Shown here piece after piece: positions 37,578 through 48,581 of a stretch of DNA of 64,000 nt. The position numbers were made by a program, and so were the translations under genes. Source of the DNA: Bacteroidales bacterium (GTDB lineage: Bacteria > Bacteroidota > Bacteroidia > Bacteroidales > UBA932). The notes beneath the pieces were generated by a model. That model saw only the letters and a list, made by a program, of their open reading frames with translations. It was not told the origin of the DNA and ran no database searches. The first letter of the stretch is position 1. Each line of letters opens with the position of its first letter. The stretch is from the NCBI GenBank assembly GCA_015060205.1, contig SUYY01000002.1, positions 1,719-65,718 on the forward strand. The letters are read 5' to 3'.

Positions 37578-39977
37578 ATGAAAGATATATTTAATGACAT
37601 TATGTCTGCCTCAGGGGCAGAAGTGAGCATCATCCCGGTAGTGCAGGGTGAGGGGATGGTGAAATTGGATACGTCAAAGATTCCAGATGTACTTCCGGTG
37701 CTTGCTCTGCGTAATGCCGTACTTTTCCCGGGAACCGTCTATCCCATAACCATAGGAAGAGAGAAGTCGATACGTCTGATCGAGGAGGCTGAGAAGAACA
37801 ATCTGTTCATAGGTACGGTTCCTCAGAATGACCTTTCTGTGGAGGAACCCGGCAAGGATGACCTCTACAGGTTCGGTACTCTGGCAAAACTGGTCAAGAC
37901 CTTGGAAATGCCGGACGGCACCATCACTGCCATTCTTCAGGGCTACAGCCGTCTGGAGATTCTGGACATCATCGGAACCGAACCGTATATGGTCGGTCGT
38001 GTGAGGTATCTTGAGGATACAGTTCCGGAAATGGACACTAAGATGAAGATGATTGCCGAGTCCCTGAAGGAAAAGGCGACTTCCATCATCAGAAGTTCCG
38101 CCTTTGTTCCGAGAGAGGCCGCATCCGCACTCAAGAGCATCGACAGTTTTGAATTCCTTGTAAACTTCATCGCAACTACAGTGGAGGTGGAGAATTTCAT
38201 GGACAAGGTGGAACTGCTTCAATATGGTGACCTCCGGGCAAGGGCCATGAGCCTTCTTTCGGTACTTGACACCCAGGTGGAACTCCAGAAGATCAAGCAG
38301 GAAATCAATCAGAAGGTGAAGACCGAGATTGACCAGCAGCAGAGGGAATATTACCTGAACAGCCAACTCAGGACCATTCAGGAGGAACTCGGTATGGACG
38401 ATGTGGAGGAATTCTCGCAGTTGCGCGCTCGTGCGGAGGAGAAACTCTGGCCTGCTTCCGTTCAGGAGATCTTCGACAAGGAGATGGCGAAACTCGAAAG
38501 GTACAACCCGTCTTCTCCGGACTACAGCATACAATATAATTATATACAGTTCATGCTGGATCTTCCGTGGGGCAACATCTCCGAGGACAATCTCGACCTG
38601 AAGAATGCCCAGAAGGTTCTTGACGAGGACCACTACGGACTGGAGAAGGTCAAGGAAAGAATAATAGAATATCTTGCGGTACTGAAACTTAAAGGAGACA
38701 TGAAGTCTCCGATACTCTGTCTTTACGGCCCTCCGGGCGTAGGAAAGACAAGTCTCGGCAAGTCGGTTGCACGTGCCCTGGGAAGGAAATATGTGCGCAT
38801 AGCCCTCGGTGGTGTTCATGATGAGTCAGAGATCCGCGGACATCGCAAGACCTACGTAGGTGCCCTCCCGGGACGTATACTCAACGGTATCAACCGTGCC
38901 GGTACATCCAACCCTGTAATTGTTCTTGATGAGGTGGACAAACTCAACAAGGATATCAAGGGAGATCCTTCGTCAGCATTGCTTGAAGCACTTGATCCGG
39001 AGCAGAATACGGCGTTCCATGATAATTATCTGGATATAGATTACGATCTGTCCAACGTGTTGTTCATCACTACCGCCAACAACATAGAGTCCATTCAGCC
39101 TGCTCTGAAGGACCGCATGGAAATGATCAATGTCAGCGGTTATCTTGCGGAGGAGAAGTTGGAGATCGCCAAGCATTATCTTGTTCCGAAGCAGTTGGAG
39201 GAGCATGGACTTACCAAGTCCCAACTCAAGTTCGAAAAGACTGCTCTCGAGAAGATCATAGACGAGTATACTCATGAATCCGGCGTGAGAGGTCTGGAAA
39301 AGCAGATTGCAAAGGCCGCCCGTGTGACAGCCAAGAAGATCGCGCTGGAGGAGAAGTATCCAAAGACTTTGAAACCTTCGCATCTTCGTGAATATCTGGG
39401 ACTTCCGACTGCCTCACATGATAAGCAGAAAGGTAATGAAGCACCCGGTGTGGTGACCGGTCTTGCATGGACCTCCATGGGAGGTGAAATCCTGTTCATA
39501 GAAAGTTCCGTGAGCAAGGGAAAGGGAGTTCTTACCATGACCGGAAATCTCGGTGATGTCATGAAGGAGTCTGCGACCATCGCATATCAGTACATCAAGG
39601 CGCATCCTGAACTCACAGGAATGTCCTATGAAGAATTTGCAGAGAAGGATATCCATGTGCATGTACCTGAAGGTGCTGTTCCGAAGGATGGACCGTCTGC
39701 CGGCATCACCATGGTGAGTTCCATGGTTTCCGCATTCCGGGGTCAGAAGGTCAGGAGCGGAATCGCCATGACAGGTGAGATGACCCTCAGGGGCAAGGTA
39801 CTTCCGGTGGGTGGCATCAAGGAGAAGATACTTGCTGCAAAGAGGTCTGGTATAAATACCATTGTGATATCTGAAGAAAACCGCAAGGATGTGGAGGATA
39901 TCAGACCTATATATGTGGAAGGTCTCAACTTTGTGTATGTAAAGACCATTCAGGATGTGATGGACTTCATATTTTAA
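37578..39977 (+). CDS. lon: ATP-dependent Lon protease
   Basis: [23 protein letters not shown] (catalytic Ser) and GGIKEK (catalytic Lys). Confidence 0.98.
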   Translation: MKDIFNDIMSASGAEVSIIPVVQGEGMVKLDTSKIPDVLPVLALRNAVLFPGTVYPITIGREKSIRLIEEAEKNNLFIGTVPQNDLSVEEPGKDDLYRFGTLAKLVKTLEMPDGTITAILQGYSRLEILDIIGTEPYMVGRVRYLEDTVPEMDTKMKMIAESLKEKATSIIRSSAFVPREAASALKSIDSFEFLVNFIATTVEVENFMDKVELLQYGDLRARAMSLLSVLDTQVELQKIKQEINQKVKTEIDQQQREYYLNSQLRTIQEELGMDDVEEFSQLRARAEEKLWPASVQEIFDKEMAKLERYNPSSPDYSIQYNYIQFMLDLPWGNISEDNLDLKNAQKVLDEDHYGLEKVKERIIEYLAVLKLKGDMKSPILCLYGPPGVGKTSLGKSVARALGRKYVRIALGGVHDESEIRGHRKTYVGALPGRILNGINRAGTSNPVIVLDEVDKLNKDIKGDPSSALLEALDPEQNTAFHDNYLDIDYDLSNVLFITTANNIESIQPALKDRMEMINVSGYLAEEKLEIAKHYLVPKQLEEHGLTKSQLKFEKTALEKIIDEYTHESGVRGLEKQIAKAARVTAKKIALEEKYPKTLKPSHLREYLGLPTASHDKQKGNEAPGVVTGLAWTSMGGEILFIESSVSKGKGVLTMTGNLGDVMKESATIAYQYIKAHPELTGMSYEEFAEKDIHVHVPEGAVPKDGPSAGITMVSSMVSAFRGQKVRSGIAMTGEMTLRGKVLPVGGIKEKILAAKRSGINTIVISEENRKDVEDIRPIYVEGLNFVYVKTIQDVMDFIF

Positions 39978-39980
39978 TAT

Positions 39981-40649
39981 ATGGAAGTAAAGATACAGCA
40001 ATCATGGAAGAACGCATTGGCGCAGGAGTTCGAAAAACCGTACTTCGAGTCGCTGGTGCGTTTCCTTCATCAGGAGAAGGCCGAAGGAAAGACCATATTC
40101 CCTCCAGGAAGTCAGATTTTCCGCGCGTTTGACCTTACTCCTGTAGATAAGGTCAAGGTGGTCATCCTCGGTCAGGATCCTTATCACGGTCCGGGTCAGG
40201 CTCACGGTCTGTCGTTTTCTGTTCCGGAAGGAGTTCCGGCACCGCCGTCTTTGAAAAACATCTTCAAGGAAATCGAGTCGGACCTTGGAGTGAGGATGAG
40301 CGGTTATCCCAATCTTGAGAACTGGGCACGTCAGGGAGTACTTCTTCTGAATGCAGTACTGACGGTACGCTCTTCGGAGGCCGCCTCTCATAGCAGAATA
40401 GGCTGGCAGGAGTTTACAGATGCGGTCATCCGTCATATTTCGGATAATTGCGAGGGTGTGGTCTTCATGCTTTGGGGCAATTTTGCCAGGACCAAGTCGG
40501 AATTGATCGACAAGTCCCGCCATATGGTTCTTGAGGCGGCGCATCCTTCTCCGTTGGCTCGTGGTGCCTTTTTCGGATGCCGACATTTCTCAAAGGCAAA
40601 CGCTTATCTGGTCTCCGCAGGACGGGAGCCGATTGACTGGAGATTATAG
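39981..40649 (+). CDS. ung: Uracil-DNA glycosylase
   Basis: GQDPYH, PPSLKNI and HPSPL motifs. Confidence 0.97.
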   Translation: MEVKIQQSWKNALAQEFEKPYFESLVRFLHQEKAEGKTIFPPGSQIFRAFDLTPVDKVKVVILGQDPYHGPGQAHGLSFSVPEGVPAPPSLKNIFKEIESDLGVRMSGYPNLENWARQGVLLLNAVLTVRSSEAASHSRIGWQEFTDAVIRHISDNCEGVVFMLWGNFARTKSELIDKSRHMVLEAAHPSPLARGAFFGCRHFSKANAYLVSAGREPIDWRL

Positions 40650-40707
40650 GACTGTTCCTTACGTAAGTGAGACACAATACTTTGAAAATAGCAAACACGT
40701 TGAAAAT

Positions 40708-41166
40708 ATGAAAAAAACAGCGATGTTCCCAGGATCCTTCGATCCGTTTACCGCAGGCCACCTGAATATACTCAAGAGGGCCTTGACCATGTTTGACGAG
40801 GTCATTGTAGCGGTCGGCGTCAATATAGACAAGAGAGGCTTCTTCTCCAACGAGAAACGCCTTGAAATCATACGTCAGGCAATCGAGGGACTTGAAGGAG
40901 TAAGTGTAATCGAATATGACAACCTCACCATTGATGCCTGCAGGGAAAGAGGTATCAGGCACATAGTTCGTGGGGTGCGCAACATGATAGATTTCGAGAC
41001 CGAACGCTCCATTGCCGATGCGAACAGACGTCTCGCTCCTGATATCGAGACCATCATAATCCCTACCGCTCAGGAGTTCGCCCATATATCATCCACTGCT
41101 GTAAGGGATATCCTCAAGCATGGAGGAGACACATCGCTTTTCCTTCCACCGACAGTGAAACTCTGA
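40708..41166 (+). CDS. coaD: Pantetheine-phosphate adenylyltransferase
   Basis: FPGSFDPFTAGH, IVRGVR and ISSTAVR motifs; start ATG 40708. Confidence 0.95.
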   Translation: MKKTAMFPGSFDPFTAGHLNILKRALTMFDEVIVAVGVNIDKRGFFSNEKRLEIIRQAIEGLEGVSVIEYDNLTIDACRERGIRHIVRGVRNMIDFETERSIADANRRLAPDIETIIIPTAQEFAHISSTAVRDILKHGGDTSLFLPPTVKL

Positions 41167-42680
41167 TGAAAAGGTTACTTCTCATATTTCTGTCGCTGTC
41201 TGTTGCGGTGAGCACCTTCGCCCGGCAGACTGATTCCCTTGCCCTCGCTTCTCTGGGAGTGAAGTTGGGTGAGTATTATGAGGCGATGAAGTATGAAAGT
41301 CCGGATGTCCAGGCACAGGAATGCGACTTCCTTATCGAAAGTACTGCGGATTCCATTGTAAGACAATATGTTACCCTTGATATATATAATCATTATCTTG
41401 AATCTCCAGTGATGGGGGCGGAAAATGTGGCGGTGCATGTCTTCGACAGATGGATAGGTACAGGCAAGGTCCGGATGCGTTCGAATTCCGACTACCTGAA
41501 GGCGCAGGTTCATGCGGATTTCAACCGCCGGTCCCTTCTGGGAAAACGTGCGCAGCCTCTCCTGATGCAGACTGCCGAAGGAGATCTGCTTGAACTTTTT
41601 GGCAAGGATGATGCTTCCGGGGGCTTCAGGATTCTGTATTTCTACGATACTGACTGTGCCAGATGCAAGGTCGAGTCCCTTCTTCTGAACAGTCTGCTTT
41701 CTACCATTGAATATCCTGTGGAGATTTATGCTGTCTATGCAGGTGACAACAGGGAAAACTGGGACTCGTATGTTTCGAATGTACTGAATGACAGACAGAT
41801 CGTCCATTTATGGGATCCGGAACTTGTTTCTGATTTCCAACGTAAATATGGTGTGATAAAGACACCGCGTATGTTTCTGATCGCTCCCGACGGAATAATC
41901 ATAGGCAGGGGACTGGATACAGAGTCCCTCAAGGTTCTTCTTGACGGAATCTCTCGCTCTGATGAACTGACATACGGCAGTCAGGAATCTTCCGACCTCT
42001 TCGACGGTATATTTTCCGCCTCAACGTCCGGACCGTCTGTGGATGATGTCAAGGATATTGCAGATTATATCCGTAAAAGGACATTGGACGCAGGCGATAA
42101 GAGAGCGTTCCGCCAGATGGCAGGCGATTACCTATATTATCTTTCCATGCAGAACGGAGAAGGATACAAGGAAGGTTTGAAGTATCATATTGAAAAGAAT
42201 ATTCTGTCTGATGATGGTGTATGGACCTCTCAGGATGACAGTCTAAAGGTCATTGAATATGCGCTGATGATAAGTGATATGCTTTCCTTGAATGTACCCG
42301 GCTCCAGGATCACATCGGTTGAGGTTCCCGGAGTACTTCATACATGGCGCAAGGTAAGACAGACAGTCACTCCTCTTGACATGCTAGGCGGGGAGAACAA
42401 TATCATCATCTTCTATACGGAAGGCTGTCAGGTGTGCGCGGCAGAAAAGGAGGCCTCGCTTGCCATGCTTTCTGCTGGAAAGGACCGCAGTGTCACCCGT
42501 GCAGAGAGGAGGAAGGCACGCAAGGTCAATGTCTTTATGGTGAACGTCGACAGGATAATGGAGACAGATCCCCGGCTTGCAATGACCCTGTTGGATTCAT
42601 TCGACCTGTCTGTACTGCCATTTATCATAATGACAGACTCTCAAGGTCGTATTCTGCGCAGATATATGAGTCTGCTTTAG
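41166..42680 (+). CDS. Exported protein with two thioredoxin-like CxxC domains
   Basis: Signal peptide; FYDTDCARC...KTP and FYTEGCQVC...VLP, each preceded by a helical region. Confidence 0.65.
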   Translation: MKRLLLIFLSLSVAVSTFARQTDSLALASLGVKLGEYYEAMKYESPDVQAQECDFLIESTADSIVRQYVTLDIYNHYLESPVMGAENVAVHVFDRWIGTGKVRMRSNSDYLKAQVHADFNRRSLLGKRAQPLLMQTAEGDLLELFGKDDASGGFRILYFYDTDCARCKVESLLLNSLLSTIEYPVEIYAVYAGDNRENWDSYVSNVLNDRQIVHLWDPELVSDFQRKYGVIKTPRMFLIAPDGIIIGRGLDTESLKVLLDGISRSDELTYGSQESSDLFDGIFSASTSGPSVDDVKDIADYIRKRTLDAGDKRAFRQMAGDYLYYLSMQNGEGYKEGLKYHIEKNILSDDGVWTSQDDSLKVIEYALMISDMLSLNVPGSRITSVEVPGVLHTWRKVRQTVTPLDMLGGENNIIIFYTEGCQVCAAEKEASLAMLSAGKDRSVTRAERRKARKVNVFMVNVDRIMETDPRLAMTLLDSFDLSVLPFIIMTDSQGRILRRYMSLL

Positions 42681-42824
42681 TTGTCTTTTTTTTGAAAATC
42701 AATATCTCTGTTCTGATTTTGTCTATTCTTCAGAAGGTGATGGTCTGAAGGCGTTTTTATGGTCTGTGCTTTGAAACGGTTCCGGCATGAAATATTAATT
42801 GTTAATGCCAAAACTGTTGTTCTT

Positions 42825-43031
42825 ATGAAAACGTTTATCGAAGATTATCTCCTGAATCCCTCACTCGCTGTTGCCAATGCAAGAATGGATGCTGCCCCTT
42901 GGTGTGAGTCTGTAGACGAGGAAATGATATATGCCCAGATCTCTTCACCTGAATTCCGGTTGTATGAAGCCATGATATTAAGTGCTTCTGTTGAAGACAG
43001 TCCTTCAGCGCGCACTTTCGCTTCCTTGTGA
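42825..43031 (+). CDS. Small acidic hypothetical protein (68 aa)
   Basis: MKTFIEDYLLNPS...; the only protein-like ORF in the gap; no motif recognised. Confidence 0.4.
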   Translation: MKTFIEDYLLNPSLAVANARMDAAPWCESVDEEMIYAQISSPEFRLYEAMILSASVEDSPSARTFASL

Positions 43032-43103
43032 TGATTCTTCACAAAGGAGAAGTTGTTTGAATTTCCTGGTTGAAAATTCAAAACTGCTTCTTACCTTTGT
43101 GGT

Positions 43104-44426
43104 ATGACAGGACTTATCATTACCATAGTTGCGGCAGCAGTGCTGCTTGTTGCGGTGGCCGGCATATCAGCCATGGCCCTTAGATCTGCAAGAGTTGAGA
43201 AGGAAAATGCACTTTCCATGATGAAAGCGTCGAATGATGCCGTGTTGGCAGAAGTTCGGGAGAGTTATGAAAGGACATTGGCTGAACTCAAGGCGGGTCA
43301 TCAGCGGGAAATCTCCGAACTCAGGAAGTCTCATGAGCAGGCTTTGAATACCCAGTTGGAGACAGTGAAGGCTCAGGTCACTGCGGAGAGCGAGAAGATG
43401 CTCAAGGCTCGTGAGGAAGAACTCGAACGGAGGGCGAAGCAGACATTCGAATCTCTTGCGGGGGGCTTGGACAAGAACATCAAGGACATGAAAGAGGCCT
43501 TCGAACAGAACCGCAAGACTCAGACAGAAACATCCCAGAGTCTCAAGGAGAATCTGGACAGTGCTGTCAAGCATCTTCGCGAACAGACCCTTTCCATCGG
43601 AGACAAGGCCGACTCCCTTGCTGATGCTCTCAGAGGCAGGAACAAGACTCAGGGCAACTGGGGAGAAATAATCCTGGACAATCTCTTTACAAATGAGGGC
43701 ATGCGTGAGGGACGTGATTATGACAAGGAAGAGACACTTCGTGATGAGCAGGGAAATGTTGTCGTAAATGAGGATACTTCCAAGAGAATGCGTCCTGACT
43801 ATATCCTTCACTATCCTGACGGAAATGATATCATTATTGACTCAAAGGTAGTCCTTACCGCTGCAGATGATTATTTCAGGGCAGCAGATGAGGCTTCAAG
43901 GAACGATGCCATGGCAAGGAATCTTGCTGCGGTCAGGGATCAGGTCAGGAATCTCTCCAAGAAGGACTACAGCAGATATCTTGCACCGGGACACAGGATG
44001 CTCGACTATGTGATCATGTTCGTTCCTGTATATTCGGCATTGCGGCTTGCCTATGAGGCTGACCGCAACCTGTGGCAGGATGCGTACAGGCAGGGAGTCC
44101 TTATCACCACAGAGGAAACCCTCATGCCTTTCCTCAGGATGATACGTATTGCCTGGACATCACATGAACAGGTGGCAAATCAGAAGCAGATCATATCCAC
44201 GGCAGAAACCATTCTTGCGCGTGTCTCTGATTTCTGTACAGCCCATGCCAAGATGGGTAAGAAACTCGAGGAGGCGCTTGACCAGTATGAGGCGTGTGAC
44301 AGGAAGATACGTGAACGCGGTCAGAGCATAGTGGGAGCAGCCAACAGACTCATAGACCTCGGCGTCCCACGCAATCCAAAAAAAATCCTCCCTGCTGAAA
44401 TCGGCATGGAGGAAGTGGAGGATTAG
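43104..44426 (+). CDS. rmuC: DNA recombination protein RmuC
   Basis: TM plus coiled coil; QGNWGE, RPD, IIDSK and YVIMFVP motifs. Confidence 0.93.
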   Translation: MTGLIITIVAAAVLLVAVAGISAMALRSARVEKENALSMMKASNDAVLAEVRESYERTLAELKAGHQREISELRKSHEQALNTQLETVKAQVTAESEKMLKAREEELERRAKQTFESLAGGLDKNIKDMKEAFEQNRKTQTETSQSLKENLDSAVKHLREQTLSIGDKADSLADALRGRNKTQGNWGEIILDNLFTNEGMREGRDYDKEETLRDEQGNVVVNEDTSKRMRPDYILHYPDGNDIIIDSKVVLTAADDYFRAADEASRNDAMARNLAAVRDQVRNLSKKDYSRYLAPGHRMLDYVIMFVPVYSALRLAYEADRNLWQDAYRQGVLITTEETLMPFLRMIRIAWTSHEQVANQKQIISTAETILARVSDFCTAHAKMGKKLEEALDQYEACDRKIRERGQSIVGAANRLIDLGVPRNPKKILPAEIGMEEVED

Positions 44427-45748
44427 AACTCGGATGCCTTCTGCATCTTTTCCGCAATTCTGTCGTTGCAAAGGTTGCCAAGGCTTCCCAGTGAGGTGTG
44501 TCTCAGGTCAGATGGCGACAACTGACCGTTTGTCTTTCCTTCGGCTCCCTGATAACGGAATTTTCCTTCGTTGACTTCGATACCCACACTCTTGTATGCA
44601 TCGCGGAACGGCATTCCGTCGAGAGTCCTTCTGTTGACCTCTTCCACTGTAAAAAGATAGTCATATATGGGAGCATCGAGAATTCCTTCCTTTATGATTA
44701 TGTGCTGAAGCATATAGTCGGCCATCATAAGGCATTTGTGCATCAGTTCAAGGGCAGGGAAGAGTATGTCCTTCAGAAGTTGGAACTCCCTGTGATATCC
44801 ATGTGGCATATTGCTGCAGAGCATGCTGATTTCATTCTCCACAGACATTATCATATTGCATTTGCCCCTCATTATCTCCCACACGTCAGGGTTCTTCTTG
44901 TGCGGCATTATGCTGGATCCTGTGGTGAGTTCATCCGGGAATCTGATGAATCCGTAGTTAGGACTCATATACATGCAGCAGTCTGCTGCGAACTTGTTGA
45001 GTGTCAGTGCTATCGCTCCCATCGCAGATGCCACTGCACGCTCCGACTTGCCTCGGCTCAACTGTGCGGCCACTACATTATAGTCCAGACTGCCGAAACC
45101 CAGGAGGTCTGTCGTCATCTGCCTGTCAAGAGGGAATGAACTTCCATAACCGGCAGCCGAACCGAGAGGGTTCTGGTCAGTTACGTGATAAGCCCCTCTG
45201 AGCATGTACATGTCGTCTGCCAGTGCTTCCGCATATGCTCCGAACCAGAGTCCGAATGAAGAAGGCATGGCAACCTGACCATGGGTATATCCGGGCAGGA
45301 GAGTGTCTTTATGCTTTTCGCTCAATGACTGCAGGGTGTCGAACAGGCTCAGAACCTCTTCACGCAGTCTGAGTGTCTCGTCTTTCAGAAAGAGTTTTAC
45401 GTCCACGAGTACCTGGTCATTGCGGGAACGTCCCGAATGTATCTTCTTTCCTATGTCACCCAGTCTTCTGGTCAGAAGAAGTTCGACCTGTGAATGTATG
45501 TCCTCCACATCGTCCTCAAGGACGAAGGTGCCGGCTTCTATTTCGGAAAGAATCTGCTCCAGTCCCGCTGTAAGAGTCTCCAGTTCCCCGGCAGTAAGAA
45601 GACCGATTGACTCCAGCATCCTGATATGTGCCATCGAGCCTTGCACATCATATCTTGCAAGACGCATGTCAAGTATCCTGTCGTTTCCTACTGTGAAATC
45701 TTCCACCAGGTCCGTAGCCTGTGTTCCTTTACTCCAAAGTGTACTCAT
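44423..45748 (-). CDS. argH: Argininosuccinate lyase
   Basis: HSGRSRNDQ, PGYTH and TGSSIMPHKKNPD motifs. Confidence 0.96.
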   Translation of the reverse strand: MSTLWSKGTQATDLVEDFTVGNDRILDMRLARYDVQGSMAHIRMLESIGLLTAGELETLTAGLEQILSEIEAGTFVLEDDVEDIHSQVELLLTRRLGDIGKKIHSGRSRNDQVLVDVKLFLKDETLRLREEVLSLFDTLQSLSEKHKDTLLPGYTHGQVAMPSSFGLWFGAYAEALADDMYMLRGAYHVTDQNPLGSAAGYGSSFPLDRQMTTDLLGFGSLDYNVVAAQLSRGKSERAVASAMGAIALTLNKFAADCCMYMSPNYGFIRFPDELTTGSSIMPHKKNPDVWEIMRGKCNMIMSVENEISMLCSNMPHGYHREFQLLKDILFPALELMHKCLMMADYMLQHIIIKEGILDAPIYDYLFTVEEVNRRTLDGMPFRDAYKSVGIEVNEGKFRYQGAEGKTNGQLSPSDLRHTSLGSLGNLCNDRIAEKMQKASEF

Positions 45749-46806
45749 AGTTGTTCTATAAATTCAATATATGTCCTGACTCCACCCTCTATCTCCTTTA
45801 TGTAGACGAATTCATCCTTCTTGTGTGAGCGGGATGATTCTCCGGGACCCATCTTTATGGCATCGCAGTCTATACGCATCCAGTCTGATGTAGTAGGAGA
45901 TGAGAAAGTGTCAATGCCCAGTTTCTCAGCGGTCCGTTGCAGACGTGAGCCTTCTCCGGTAGCGCTTGATAGGTTACTCAGATTTCTCGGCTTGAGCGTA
46001 CTTTTGCATATTCCCTGCAGTTCTCTGCAGATCTCTTCGTTTGTGTATTGTTCAGTCGGACGTATGTCAATTACAAAGGTGCATATGTCAGGAATCACGT
46101 TGTGTGCTGTTCCTGCATTTATCTGGGTCACATTCAGATTGACCTTGCCCATTCTTGGTGATATCTTTTCAAACCTGTGACTTTTGAGCCTCTGTATGTC
46201 ATCAAGGGCGATGTCGATGGCATTGACTCCCTCGTTTCTCGCTGCATGCCCGCTTATCCCATGTGCAGTCGCATCGATCACGAGAAGACCTCTTTCTGCA
46301 GTGGCGGCCCTCATGCCTGTAGGCTCTCCCACTATAGCATAGTCCACCTTGTCCCGGATCTGTGCCCAGAGTCCTGTCATTCCGTTGAGTCCGGAACGTT
46401 CCTCTTCGCATGTAAGAACCAGCAGAAGGTTCTTGTCGCTTCCAAGGAAATATCTGAATGTTGCGATCATGCTGACCACTGATGCTCCATCGTCATTGCT
46501 GCCAAGTCCCTGAATCCTGTCATCAGGGCAGTTTTCCGGCCTGTACGGGTCGAATGTATAGCCTTCGCACGGCAGGACTGTGTCCATATGCGCGCACAGC
46601 ATCAGTGTGGGAGCCGTAGGATCCACGATGTGTTCGGAAATTATATTGTTTCCGATTCTCTTGTGCCCTATATTTCTTTCTGTCATCCATCCACAGATAT
46701 GCGAACATACATCATCTTCGTTGAATGAGGGTGACGGTATTGCGACCATCTCTTTCAATAAGACAGTTGCTTCGGATATAAGTGTCTGTATGTCAGTGTT
46801 TCTCAT
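45745..46806 (-). CDS. argE: M20 deacylase (ArgE-like, acylcitrulline/acylornithine deacylase)
   Basis: HMDTV, GLGSNDDG, EEE and GEPT motifs; located in the arg operon. Confidence 0.85.
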   Translation of the reverse strand: MRNTDIQTLISEATVLLKEMVAIPSPSFNEDDVCSHICGWMTERNIGHKRIGNNIISEHIVDPTAPTLMLCAHMDTVLPCEGYTFDPYRPENCPDDRIQGLGSNDDGASVVSMIATFRYFLGSDKNLLLVLTCEEERSGLNGMTGLWAQIRDKVDYAIVGEPTGMRAATAERGLLVIDATAHGISGHAARNEGVNAIDIALDDIQRLKSHRFEKISPRMGKVNLNVTQINAGTAHNVIPDICTFVIDIRPTEQYTNEEICRELQGICKSTLKPRNLSNLSSATGEGSRLQRTAEKLGIDTFSSPTTSDWMRIDCDAIKMGPGESSRSHKKDEFVYIKEIEGGVRTYIEFIEQL

Positions 46807-46831
46807 GTTTTGTTCTCTTTGCTGGACGATT

Positions 46832-47620
46832 TCAGACCAATGTAGTTCCCTTGTCGTTCAGCAGGTTTGCCGCATGCTTTATGATCACCCTCGCCACTCC
46901 ATTGTCAATGGCCTTGAACGAATTGCTCAGTTTAGGAATCATTCCGTCCGCTACTCTTCCTTCCGCCTTGAGTTCTGCGAATCTATCTCTGTCGATGGAT
47001 GGGATGACACTTGTGTCGTCATCCTTGTCATATAGGACTCCATCCTTTTCAAAGCAATATATAAGTTCTGTCTCTACGACTGCAGACAGGGCAGTAGCGA
47101 CTGAAGATGCTATCGTATCCGCGTTGGTGTTCAGCAGATTGCCGTTTCCGTCGTGATTGATGGCATTGAACACAGGGATGATTCCATTCTCGAGAAGTGT
47201 CATGATGAAACTTGTGTTTACACTTTCTGAAGATACGTCTCCCACATATCCGTAGTCCACCTCCTTACCGAGGGACTCCACCATTACCGGTGCCCTTTTG
47301 GCAGCACGTATCACATTGCCGTCAGCCCCGCAAAGTCCGATAGCGTTGCATCCTGCTCCTTGAAGAAGTGCTGTTATGTTCTTGTTGCACCATCCGGCAT
47401 ATACCATGGTAACAACCTTGAGTGTCTGTTCGTCCGTCACTCTCCGGCCTTCCACCATGACAGGAGTCATGCCCATGGACTTCTGCATCTGACTGGCCAT
47501 CACTCCACCTCCGTGAATCAGGACCTTCATGCCCGGCATTGATGCGAAATCATTGGCAAACTTCCTCAGAAGTTCCGGATTGTCCACGACGTTTCCGCCT
47601 ATCTTTACAACTTTTATCAT
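46832..47620 (-). CDS. argB: Acylglutamate kinase
   Basis: VKIGG, HGGG, GRRVTD, NTNAD and GMIPKL motifs. Confidence 0.95.
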   Translation of the reverse strand: MIKVVKIGGNVVDNPELLRKFANDFASMPGMKVLIHGGGVMASQMQKSMGMTPVMVEGRRVTDEQTLKVVTMVYAGWCNKNITALLQGAGCNAIGLCGADGNVIRAAKRAPVMVESLGKEVDYGYVGDVSSESVNTSFIMTLLENGIIPVFNAINHDGNGNLLNTNADTIASSVATALSAVVETELIYCFEKDGVLYDKDDDTSVIPSIDRDRFAELKAEGRVADGMIPKLSNSFKAIDNGVARVIIKHAANLLNDKGTTLV

Positions 47621-48570
47621 AGTCCTAAAAGTATCTGTTTCAATACTGTCTGTGCGGATACGACTCTGTTTGCGGCCTCCGGTATGACTATCGACTGAGG
47701 ACTTTCAATCACATCGTCTGTCACAATCATATTTCTGCGTACAGGCAGGCAATGCATGAAGTATGCGTTGTTGGTAAGGGCCATCTTTTCTGTATCCACT
47801 GTCCAGTCTCGGTCTGTGCAGAGTACCTTTCCGTAATTGTCTCCCGAATATGCGGCCCAGTTCTTTGCATAGATGAAGTCCGCTCCTTCAAATGCCTTTC
47901 TCTGGTCATATTCAACCTTTGCACGACCTACGAAGGAAGGGTCAAGTTCATATCCTTCCGGATGTGTGATGACGAACTCGTAGTCGGTCATGTTTATACC
48001 TTCTGCAAATGAGTTAGGTACAGCCTGTGGGAGTGCCTTTGGATGCGGTGCCCATGTCATCACGATCTTCGGCTTCTCAACCTTTTTATATTCCTCGATG
48101 GTGATCAGGTCTGCAAATGTTTGCAGAGGATGTCTGGTGGCAGCCTCCATACTGAATACAGGCTTTCCGGAATATTTGATGAACTGATTGACAATCACTT
48201 CATTATAGTCATCCTCCTTGCTTTCGAAACGGGCGAATGAACGGACTCCGATCACATCGCAGTAGCAACCCATCACCGGTATTGCTTCGAGCAGATGCTC
48301 CGGCTTGTCCGAGTCCATGACCACACCTCTTTCCGTCTCGAGTTTCCATGCTCCCTGATTCACATCCAGAACGATCACATTCATTCCGAGATTCATGGCT
48401 GCCTTCTGAGTACTCAGGCGGGTTCTGAGACTCGAATTGAAGAAGATCATCAGAAGAGTCTTGTTCTTTCCGAGTTCCTGGTCAGCGAACGGATTTTCCT
48501 TTACATATTTTGCTGCCGCGAGGGCATCTTTGAGGTCACCGAGTTGGGTGACAGAAGTGAAATGTCTCAT
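47617..48570 (-). CDS. argF: N-acylornithine (probably N-succinylornithine) transcarbamylase ArgF'
   Basis: FFNSSLRT, DKPEHLLEAIP, HPLQ, TWAPHPKALP and HCLPVRRN motifs. Confidence 0.9.
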   Translation of the reverse strand: MRHFTSVTQLGDLKDALAAAKYVKENPFADQELGKNKTLLMIFFNSSLRTRLSTQKAAMNLGMNVIVLDVNQGAWKLETERGVVMDSDKPEHLLEAIPVMGCYCDVIGVRSFARFESKEDDYNEVIVNQFIKYSGKPVFSMEAATRHPLQTFADLITIEEYKKVEKPKIVMTWAPHPKALPQAVPNSFAEGINMTDYEFVITHPEGYELDPSFVGRAKVEYDQRKAFEGADFIYAKNWAAYSGDNYGKVLCTDRDWTVDTEKMALTNNAYFMHCLPVRRNMIVTDDVIESPQSIVIPEAANRVVSAQTVLKQILLGL

Positions 48571-48581
48571 AATTTATCAAG

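Noticed and set aside
37674-38819. 381-aa ORF antisense to lon (similar ones at 34318-35163, 27239-27967, 59343-60110 and 17813-18637)
   Set aside because: Shadow ORFs of well-supported genes. Scarce TTA/CTA/TCA codons on the sense strand leave few antisense stops, and the translations have no recognisable motifs.
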